Assembly: GCA_902618855.1 (NCBI GenBank)
Contig: CACNCD010000005.1
Coordinates: 23,907-87,906 of the forward strand
Reading direction: 5' to 3'
Source of the DNA: an uncultured Pelagibacteraceae bacterium
Lineage (GTDB): Bacteria > Pseudomonadota > Alphaproteobacteria > Pelagibacterales > Pelagibacteraceae
Length of the DNA stretch: 64,000 bases
Every line of letters starts with the position of its first letter. Position 1 is the stretch's first letter. The position numbers and the translations under genes are program-made. Below the pieces are notes generated by a model, which worked only from the letters and a program-made list of their open reading frames with translations, did no database searches and was not told the origin of the DNA. Below are positions 57,103 to 64,000 of this stretch, piece by piece.

Positions 57103-57522
57103 TTAATCTTTAATAATTTTTTTATCCTTATTATTTACATAAGGTCCTTGTTTAACTTCGATAATTTTAGTTTTTTTTAGAATTGTAAAACCATGTCCAC
57201 CTTTAAAGAGTATTATAATATCTCCAGAATTCAATATTGTATCTTTTTTAATATCAGAGTTTTTTAAATCAAAAAATTTAATTTTAACTTTACCTTTTTC
57301 AATCAAGAGAACTTCTGTACAATAATTTATAACTCTAGGTTTTTTAACATGAATATGAGAGGTAATTTTATGATTTTTTTTGTGGTTTAAAAAACCTAAT
57401 TGTATTAAATCGCTACTTTTGGTTACAAAATCTACACCCTTTTTTATAAATTTATTTTTTTTTTTTATAATTATGGCATATAGAATTTTATTATGTCTAA
57501 TTTCCAAAACTCTTTTTTTCAT
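57103..57522 (-). CDS. Cupin-fold protein (WbuC-like, polysaccharide-cluster associated)
   Basis: H.H...E.L.I..G, GDII....GGHGF, EVKQGPY cupin motifs; context upstream of a sugar aminotransferase. Confidence 0.7.
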   Translation of the reverse strand: MKKRVLEIRHNKILYAIIIKKKNKFIKKGVDFVTKSSDLIQLGFLNHKKNHKITSHIHVKKPRVINYCTEVLLIEKGKVKIKFFDLKNSDIKKDTILNSGDIIILFKGGHGFTILKKTKIIEVKQGPYVNNKDKKIIKD

Positions 57523-57549
57523 AATAACTTAAATTTAAATAATATTTAT

Positions 57550-58317
57550 TTATGTTTCTCTTCTTATTTGTTCAATTTTAATTTTTTTTTGTAGACTTCG
57601 ATTCTTATCATATAAAAGATTAAATTTTATTTTTTTATTAATTCTAATTTGAATTTTTTTTGCATTTCTAACTTCAATATTATCTGCTACCGCACTGATT
57701 GGTCTTTTATCTGGATTTAAATTTTGTATAGTTATTTTTGATTTATCACTAATAATTTTTCCTCTCCATCTTCTTGGTCTAAATGCGCTTATTGGAGCAA
57801 TAGAAAGTTTTTTTGAATTTAAACTTAATATTGGTCCGTGGACTGAAAGGTTGTAAGCAGTGCTACCAGCTGGAGTAGATACAAGAACACCATCCGATAT
57901 TAGTTTTTTTATAATTTGTTTTTTTCCATTTTTTATAGTTATCGATGCAGCTTGTCTACTTTGTCTTAGAATAGATACTTCATTTATTGCTATAGCTTTC
58001 TTGGTTGATCCGTGTTTGCTTGTAACTTTCATTTCCAAAGGTGATATGGAAATTTTATTTGCTCTTTGTAAATTATTATTAATTTTTTTTAAATAAAACT
58101 TATTCATTAGAAATCCATAATTTCCCGAATTAATTCCATAAAAATTTTTTTTTAAATTATGCATTTTTTTTAAGGTTTGGAGCATAAAACCATCCCCACC
58201 AATTACGATTATAAGATTTGATTTTCTAATAGGATAGTTTTTAATTTTTTTTTCAATTAATTTTTTAATATTTATAGACGATAAGTTCTTATCAAAAACA
58301 ATCGATGCTTTAATCAT
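57550..58317 (-). CDS. nadK: NAD kinase
   Basis: VIGGDGFML, GINSGNYGFLMN, AINEV, DGVLVSTPAGSTAYNLS; start moved to ATG 58317. Confidence 0.96.
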   Translation of the reverse strand: MIKASIVFDKNLSSINIKKLIEKKIKNYPIRKSNLIIVIGGDGFMLQTLKKMHNLKKNFYGINSGNYGFLMNKFYLKKINNNLQRANKISISPLEMKVTSKHGSTKKAIAINEVSILRQSRQAASITIKNGKKQIIKKLISDGVLVSTPAGSTAYNLSVHGPILSLNSKKLSIAPISAFRPRRWRGKIISDKSKITIQNLNPDKRPISAVADNIEVRNAKKIQIRINKKIKFNLLYDKNRSLQKKIKIEQIRRET

Positions 58318-58320
58318 TAG

Positions 58321-58406
58321 TGGTGCCCTCGGCCAGACTCGAACTGGCACTCCCAAAAGGGCAAGGATTTTAAGTCCTTTGTGTCTACCAATTTCACCAC
58401 GAGGGC
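58321..58406 (-). tRNA. tRNA-Leu(TAA)
   Basis: GCCCTCGTGGTGAAATTGGTAGACAC, AAGGA-CTTAAAA-TCCTT, long variable arm, CAGTTCGAGTCTG, CCA; 86 nt. Confidence 0.98.
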
Positions 58407-58489
58407 ATTTGTGAATTTCATGAGTGTTTATGCTAATATTTATAATTGAACAAGATGAATAAGTAAAATTTTTTTATTTTATCTCTTCA

Positions 58490-58509
58490 TGCTCTGGTCT
58501 TGCTCTGGT
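58490..58509. repeat. 9-bp direct repeat TGCTCTGGT x2 with 11-bp period (candidate integrase arm-type sites)
   Basis: TGCTCTGGT at 58490-58498 and 58501-58509, GC-rich within an AT-rich spacer between tRNA-Leu and the helicase gene. Confidence 0.6.
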
Positions 58510-58523
58510 TATCCTAGAAAATC

Positions 58524-61500
58524 CTATATTAATTTTTGGATATATCTATCAACTTTTCTCAATTCTTTTTTTGGATCAAGCCACCAATCTGTTGACCATA
58601 TTCTATAAATATTCCATCCTAGGTCCTCTAAAATATTTTGTCTTAGAATATCGCTGTCTCTTTGAGATTTAGAGGAATGATAAGCTCGTCCATCACACTC
58701 TATGCCTGCTATAAAGCCATCAGGAAAGCTTTTATGTTTTATTCCAAGATCTATATAAAAACCTGAAACCCCTACCTGTGGAACAACTTCATATCCCATA
58801 TTTTTTAAACCATTCATAACAAATACCTCAAATTCACTCATAGGTTCTTTTCCTTCTGAAATATCACCTATTTCTAATTTGCCAGTTTTTGCATATTCAA
58901 TATAATTTTTTAAAATCATTCTTCCCTGAGCAGTTCCTTCTTTGAGCTGGACATCATTTGGATGCATTGATGTATAAAGATGAATCTCTTTTTTAGCTCT
59001 AGTAAATAATACATTTAATCTTCTGTGACCTCTATCAGGATTATTTATAGGTCCAAATGTTTGTAAAACTTTACCATGTTCATTAGGACCGAACAAAGTT
59101 GAAATAAAAATAGCATCTCTCTCATCTCCTTGTACACTTTCCAAATTTTTAACCTCAAATTTTTCAAGTGTATTATCCCAAGATTTTATATAATCTGATA
59201 TGTAGCCTTCTTTTGTTTCTCTTAAACGAAGTTCTTCTTCAATGAGTTCTTGCTGAAATATATTCATAGTCACTACTAAGCAGCTCTTAGATTTTTTATC
59301 ATTATCATTTTTCCTAATATTTTTTTTCATAAAATCAAGAAGTCCACTTACTAAAGCATCTTTTTCTTGGTTATTAATTTTACCTTTGTACAAAGCTTTA
59401 GCAAAATTATGATGAATGGCTTTATTAATACTTGGTGAAGGAGGAATAATTAATTGATTTTCATAAAAATGATGATTTGAAAAATTAATCAATTTTTCAT
59501 TTCTAGATCTATAGTGCCAACGTAACATTCTCATTGGTTTAAACCTTGTCAAAGCTAAATCTAAGATAGATTCTTCAACAAGATCCTCTTCTGTATCTTC
59601 TTGTTCTGTAACAGCAAAAAAATCTGATGGAGCTAATTGTTGAGGATCACCAACAATAACACATTGTGATGATCGTGCTAAACCACCAATAGCATCTTGC
59701 ATTCTCATTTGAGATGCCTCATCAATGATTAGCAAATCAAATAAATCTTCTTGTGATCTTACCAATTCAGCAAGTGTAAGAGGTGACATCATAAAACATG
59801 GTTTTAGTTCAGAAAGAGCCTCGGAAGACTGTTTTATAAATTTTCTCAAAGAAATTCTTGGTTTCTTTTGACCAATAATTCTCTCTATCAATCCTAATTC
59901 TGTTAATTTTTTAGTTGGACCCCTGCTAATACCTTGGGTTATTCTTTTGTTAATCAATTTATTTCTAAGATGATCTTTTTTCTTAATAGTAATTACTTTA
60001 TCTACCTCTTCATACTCAGCTCGTAAAGAATCAAGTTTTTGACCATTATATTTTGAAAGATTTGGATTTTCTTTATAAAAAAATTTCAATAAATAATTAT
60101 AATAAAGAGCATAAAAAATATTTTTTAAATTTTCATATTTAGATTGATTTTTATCAAAAGTATTCAATAAAACATTTTCACAACTTGAGTTATTTTTTCT
60201 AGCACCAATAAATTCAGTCCAATCATCAAGGGTTTTTAGCTCAAGTTTATTAAGTTTATTTAAAACAACTTCTGTGTCACAATTGTAAAAATCTTCTCCA
60301 AAAAAATCTTCATCATTAATATCATCTTTAATTTCATCGTAAAAATTAATGATTTCTTTATAAGTTTTGGAAATATTATTTGTACAACCCTTAATATCCT
60401 TTAATATTTGTTTATTACTTAATAATAAATTTATTGTATCTTTTTCAAAATATTTATCTAATGATGATAAATAGGTCAAAAGATATTCGATAACTTTTAA
60501 GTTTGTTTTAAAACCATTAAAATCTTTTTTTAATAGGTTTGATACAACGTTATCATCATCAATATCTTTTTTTTGAGACTGTAAGTCACGGTAAACCTTT
60601 TTGTATGAGGACAATAAATCTAAATCTTTTATTGCACTATTTTTTCTATAGGAGTTGGATTTTACCATACTTAAGTATTCTTTTTTGGCATTTCTAAAAT
60701 CAGATGATGCAAATGACAAAATATTTGAATTATTTATATTTTTCTTAATTTTTTCTAAATTTTTGAAATGTGAATGTTTAAATTTGAATATTTCATTAAC
60801 CCTTTTTTCAATCTCAAGTTTTGGACCTAAATTCTGTATCTTTTTTGAAAACAAAGTAAGTTTTTCTATGTCTTTTAAAGAATTAATATTTTTTAATACA
60901 ACAGAAAACTTATTGTCATTATCAAAATCGTTAAATAAATCTAAAAAAATTTTAATTTCCTGAAAAGTATTTAAATTTTTAAATTCTTTAATTTTTTTAT
61001 TTTTTTGTAATATTGAAACTTCAGATTTTAATTTATCTAAATTAGAACAAACTTTAGAAAGCTTTTTTATTAATTCCTTTTTTTCATACGGATTTAAATT
61101 TTCACCTAAAAAACCATACCAAGGATGATTATTGATATTTTTGTATTTAGATTTAAATTTTAAAGATTGTTCCTCAATTTTATCCAAGTTTTCAGCAATA
61201 ACCTTTATTCGATTTGGTGTTATATCCTCAACTTTAACAGTTTCAAAAAGTTTACTATTATTATCTTCAAAAATTTCATCGAAAATTTTTTTTTCAAATT
61301 CCTTATATTTTGCCCTAAGTCCGTAAAGTTCATACAAATTTTTTTCAGAGGCACCTACCTCAGAAGTAATTAATTTTCTATATTCTATTAATTCTTCTTT
61401 AATCTTTTTTTCTTTTGAGATATCGAATTCTAATTCTTTCTTAGATACTTTGTTAGATTTCAAATTAATTCTTTGTTTTATATCGTCAAAAAAATTGGCC

Positions 61501-63032
61501 TTATTCATTCCAGTGCTGGTGATATGTAAACAAAAATCACTTAAACCAGCATCTTGTAATTTTTTATAAACAACATTTCTAGCTGCTGTTTTATCAGCAA
61601 TAAATAAAACTTTTTTATTTTCTGATAATGCGGCTCCAATCATATTGGTAATTGTTTGTGATTTACCAGTTCCTGGAGGACCTTGAAGTGCTAAATTTTT
61701 TTTATTCATCACATCAACTATTGCACTAAATTGTGATGCATCAGCTTGGTTTAACAACAGGGGCACTTTTCCACTAATTTCTTTGTCATCAACCTCATAC
61801 TCTTCTGATCCACTACCATCAGAGTCCTCAGATCCAGAAAATATATCTTGTAAACTTTGTTGTGAACCAAGATCTATCCAATTGTTTGGGTCAAGATCAT
61901 GATACATGGCCATTCTTTGAAATTGAAAATGACCTAAAGTCATAAATCTTTTAAGACTCCATTGTTTTCTACTTTTTATTGAATTTTCAAATTTTTCAAA
62001 ATATTTTTCTGGAGTATCTTCTTCTTCAACATCATCAAGAACTATTCCAAAATCTTTTTCAAATTTTGCTTTAAGAGCAACATTTATTTGTAATTCACCG
62101 TTTGTTGTATTCAAATGAAATTCAGAACCTTTAGCTTTCTTTATTTCATTAAGCTCAACAGAGAGTAGGAGTAAAGGTGAAAGTAATTTTACATCACTTG
62201 ACTTTTTTTCATACCATTCAACAAATCCTAAAGCTAAAAATAAAGTATCAATACCCTTCTCATTAATTGCTTTATTGGCTGTTCTCCTTATAAAAGATAA
62301 TTTTCTATCAAGTTGTTCAGGTAATAATATAGTTTGTAAATAATTATCTTTATGTTTTTCAGATATTTCCTGTTTAGATTTCGGTAATATAAAACTTGGG
62401 TTAATACCACATTTTTTTGCATATTCTGTCAAACCAATTACTTCAGGTGTAGATCTTTTTTTCATTTTAAGTTTAACTCTAACTCTATCTTTAAGTTCTC
62501 TATCTAATTCTAAGGACTCTTTACTAACACCATCGTAATCATCTCCCATTTTTTCAACTTTTTTTAGATAAGCATCATCTTCTTTTTGTGCTCTCTGAAA
62601 TTCCATTTTAAATTCTCTTGTTCTTTCGTCTTTAGGTTCAAAATCTGGTTCGGGAAGAGATTTAAATATGTAAGTTTTTCCTGATGTTAAATCTTCAAAA
62701 ACTCTATCAGGTAATTCATCTACTATTCTTGTGTAGCCTCTACCTTTATCACTATGCTTAAAATTAATTAGTTTATTTTGATTTGTAGTTGAGCCAACTA
62801 AAATTTTTTCACGGAGTTTTTTAATGCTATTTTTAGCAAATTTAATTTTAGCATCATCAGATTTTTCATTCATTTTATTTTTGCCATTATAATCTATTTT
62901 TTTTCTAACATTTTCAATATGTTTACAAGTGTTTCTGTAATAAAAACTTTTACACTCACACTTGTAATTATCTCCTTCTTTAACAATTTTGTAAACATTT
63001 CCTTTACTACCTTTAACTTCAAATGACTCCAT
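58524..63032 (-). CDS. SWIM Zn finger-DUF4011-SF1 (UPF1/Dna2-like) helicase-Vsr/MTES_1575-like endonuclease protein (Hhe-like defence protein)
   Basis: N-terminal CECKSFYYRNTCKH; DUF4011-like KLREKIL...NKLINFK and EKGIDTLFLALGFVEW...PLLL; Walker A GPPGTGKSQTI; KPCFMMSP, FDLLIIDEASQ, GDPQQL, HYRS, VQGDERD, RLNVLFTRAK; C-terminal SEFE...IDLGI...IECDG.AYH...RQ.ILE.LGW.IYRIWSTDW. Confidence 0.88.
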   Translation of the reverse strand: MESFEVKGSKGNVYKIVKEGDNYKCECKSFYYRNTCKHIENVRKKIDYNGKNKMNEKSDDAKIKFAKNSIKKLREKILVGSTTNQNKLINFKHSDKGRGYTRIVDELPDRVFEDLTSGKTYIFKSLPEPDFEPKDERTREFKMEFQRAQKEDDAYLKKVEKMGDDYDGVSKESLELDRELKDRVRVKLKMKKRSTPEVIGLTEYAKKCGINPSFILPKSKQEISEKHKDNYLQTILLPEQLDRKLSFIRRTANKAINEKGIDTLFLALGFVEWYEKKSSDVKLLSPLLLLSVELNEIKKAKGSEFHLNTTNGELQINVALKAKFEKDFGIVLDDVEEEDTPEKYFEKFENSIKSRKQWSLKRFMTLGHFQFQRMAMYHDLDPNNWIDLGSQQSLQDIFSGSEDSDGSGSEEYEVDDKEISGKVPLLLNQADASQFSAIVDVMNKKNLALQGPPGTGKSQTITNMIGAALSENKKVLFIADKTAARNVVYKKLQDAGLSDFCLHITSTGMNKANFFDDIKQRINLKSNKVSKKELEFDISKEKKIKEELIEYRKLITSEVGASEKNLYELYGLRAKYKEFEKKIFDEIFEDNNSKLFETVKVEDITPNRIKVIAENLDKIEEQSLKFKSKYKNINNHPWYGFLGENLNPYEKKELIKKLSKVCSNLDKLKSEVSILQKNKKIKEFKNLNTFQEIKIFLDLFNDFDNDNKFSVVLKNINSLKDIEKLTLFSKKIQNLGPKLEIEKRVNEIFKFKHSHFKNLEKIKKNINNSNILSFASSDFRNAKKEYLSMVKSNSYRKNSAIKDLDLLSSYKKVYRDLQSQKKDIDDDNVVSNLLKKDFNGFKTNLKVIEYLLTYLSSLDKYFEKDTINLLLSNKQILKDIKGCTNNISKTYKEIINFYDEIKDDINDEDFFGEDFYNCDTEVVLNKLNKLELKTLDDWTEFIGARKNNSSCENVLLNTFDKNQSKYENLKNIFYALYYNYLLKFFYKENPNLSKYNGQKLDSLRAEYEEVDKVITIKKKDHLRNKLINKRITQGISRGPTKKLTELGLIERIIGQKKPRISLRKFIKQSSEALSELKPCFMMSPLTLAELVRSQEDLFDLLIIDEASQMRMQDAIGGLARSSQCVIVGDPQQLAPSDFFAVTEQEDTEEDLVEESILDLALTRFKPMRMLRWHYRSRNEKLINFSNHHFYENQLIIPPSPSINKAIHHNFAKALYKGKINNQEKDALVSGLLDFMKKNIRKNDNDKKSKSCLVVTMNIFQQELIEEELRLRETKEGYISDYIKSWDNTLEKFEVKNLESVQGDERDAIFISTLFGPNEHGKVLQTFGPINNPDRGHRRLNVLFTRAKKEIHLYTSMHPNDVQLKEGTAQGRMILKNYIEYAKTGKLEIGDISEGKEPMSEFEVFVMNGLKNMGYEVVPQVGVSGFYIDLGIKHKSFPDGFIAGIECDGRAYHSSKSQRDSDILRQNILEDLGWNIYRIWSTDWWLDPKKELRKVDRYIQKLI

Positions 63033-63041
63033 ATCTTTTAG

Positions 63042-63842
63042 TTAATTTTGATTTGACTGCTGTTTTACAAATGTACAAAAATTACAATCTTCTGTGAAGT
63101 TTGGAATAGAGGGATTATTTAGAATGTCTATTATTTTTGTTATATTTTCAAAGAAATCTTTTTCATCTCTCTTTAATGATGAATAAGATATGTTCATTCT
63201 CATATCGCAACTATTATTATTGTGACTTTGAATATCACTTGGATCAAATTGTAATATCCCCATATGAGTAATTGGGTTTAATAAAGGGGTTTTTTTACTT
63301 TTAGTAGATCCAGGTTTTGAAAATATTTGAGCGTAAGCTTCTAATTGGTGTTTATAATTCTCTGATTTGTCATCAGAAATTTTTGTAGTTTTAAAATCTA
63401 TTATACCATAACCACCTTTATCAAATTTAATTACGATATCTGGTCTTCCACCTAAAATGAATTCTCTGCCCTTATTATCTTTTAATGTTTCTGAAACTAC
63501 TCTTCCCGGAAGTTCATCTTTGTTCATAATTCTTCCAGAGGGTAATTCTTTTGTAAGATCAGAAGTATTTTTATCTTTATAATAAGCTTGTTGAACTACA
63601 TCAAATCTTGAAAAAACTGGTGGAGGAAAATCTTTAGGTCCAATTTTATGATTTTTTTCTAAATAAAAACATCTTTTACATTTCTTAGGTTTATAATCTA
63701 ACTCTGAAGGGGCTAAGACTAATATTTCATTTAAATTTTTACTTTTAATATTAGCCAATGAACTTGCTATATCAATGATATTTGATTTTTTTATTTGTTT
63801 ATTCTTTTTAAGTTTTTTATCCATTTTTATTATCTTATTCAT
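63042..63842 (-). CDS. PD-(D/E)XK (RecB/Cas4-like) nuclease with four cysteines
   Basis: LAPSEL...CKRCFY, GGRPDIV...IIDFKT, YKHQLEAYA (QxxxY), C-terminal CNFC. Confidence 0.82.
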   Translation of the reverse strand: MNKIIKMDKKLKKNKQIKKSNIIDIASSLANIKSKNLNEILVLAPSELDYKPKKCKRCFYLEKNHKIGPKDFPPPVFSRFDVVQQAYYKDKNTSDLTKELPSGRIMNKDELPGRVVSETLKDNKGREFILGGRPDIVIKFDKGGYGIIDFKTTKISDDKSENYKHQLEAYAQIFSKPGSTKSKKTPLLNPITHMGILQFDPSDIQSHNNNSCDMRMNISYSSLKRDEKDFFENITKIIDILNNPSIPNFTEDCNFCTFVKQQSNQN

Positions 63843-63843
63843 T

Positions 63844-63999
63844 TTATATCCTCTTTTCTTTCAACTTGAAATTAAGTTTAAATTTTTCTTCTAATAATTT
63901 TTCTTTGACTTTTAATTCTTCTAGATATTTTTGTTGTTTTTCTCTTAAAATCTTTTTAAGTTCTTCATTTGCTGAAAATAATTTTTTGCACTTAGGGCA
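63844..63999 (-). CDS. Partial (C-terminal) CxxC + charged coiled-coil protein, continues beyond the window
   Basis: Manual translation CPKCKKLFSANEELKKILREKQQKYLEELKVKEKLLEEKFKLNFKLKEKRI*; stop 1 nt before the nuclease ATG (TAAAATG junction). Confidence 0.55.
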   Translation of the reverse strand, partial: CPKCKKLFSANEELKKILREKQQKYLEELKVKEKLLEEKFKLNFKLKEKRI

Positions 64000-64000
64000 A

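Larger units (their letters stand above)
58490..64000 (-). mobile_element. Edge of a putative tRNA-Leu-associated genomic (defence) island
   Basis: Non-core nuclease/helicase genes beside tRNA-Leu(TAA) plus the arm-like direct repeat; no integrase inside the window. Confidence 0.5.

Noticed and set aside
57523-57549. Possible att duplicate of the tRNA-Thr 3' end closing the sugar cassette
   Set aside because: The spacer is almost pure A/T with no match to the tRNA, so site-specific integration of the cassette is unsupported.
58318-58356. N-terminal extension MGVPVRVWPRAPL of the NAD kinase ORF
   Set aside because: It is just the tRNA-Leu T-arm/acceptor sequence read in frame; the likely start is ATG 58317.
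220-61373. Many short antisense or out-of-frame ORFs in the ORF track (e.g. 10375-10764, 39522-39929, 46342-46902, 49845-50288, 56701-57180)
   Set aside because: They lie entirely opposite or within well-conserved genes, have Ser/Ile/Phe-rich shadow composition and show no recognisable motifs.
63042-63842. Cas4-like gene as evidence of a CRISPR-Cas locus
   Set aside because: No repeat-spacer array or other cas genes are visible in the window.
1-64000. Numerous A/T homopolymer runs of 8-13 nt as phase-variation sites
   Set aside because: Expected from Lys-rich coding in a very AT-rich genome, and reading frames are intact; only the run at 62897-62904 has a specific consequence.

Overview
Very AT-rich, extremely gene-dense alphaproteobacterial chromosome segment. 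Sequence style, gene order and the near absence of intergenic DNA point to SAR11/Pelagibacterales (inference, no database search run). Left to right: edge of a glycosyltransferase islet next to tRNA-Ser(GCT); sarcosine oxidase soxBDAG; a minus-strand gatC-gatA-gatB-O-methyltransferase-trhO-MATE run; ruvX-pyrB-pyrC-plsY-topA-ridA; ugd/galU, panC, mgtE, lipB and an RluA-family synthase; the approximately 29 kb minus-strand translation/transcription supercluster (tRNA-Tyr, tRNA-Gly, tuf, tRNA-Trp, secE-nusG-rplKAJL-rpoBC-rpsLG-fusA-S10-spc-secY-adk-alpha; no second tuf, no rpmD); rlmB and tRNA-Thr(TGT); a 3-gene sugar-modification cassette; NAD kinase; tRNA-Leu(TAA). The right end holds an accessory operon on the 5' side of tRNA-Leu: a truncated CxxC/coiled-coil ORF, a 4-Cys Cas4/RecB-like PD-(D/E)XK nuclease and a 1502-aa SWIM-DUF4011-SF1 helicase-Vsr-like (Hhe-like) protein, bordered by an arm-site-like direct repeat. 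This operon is the best candidate for a novel anti-phage system. The second-best lead is the trhO + O-methyltransferase pair, a possible mo5U34 tRNA-modification pathway. No CRISPR array, rRNA, integrase or transposase was seen.
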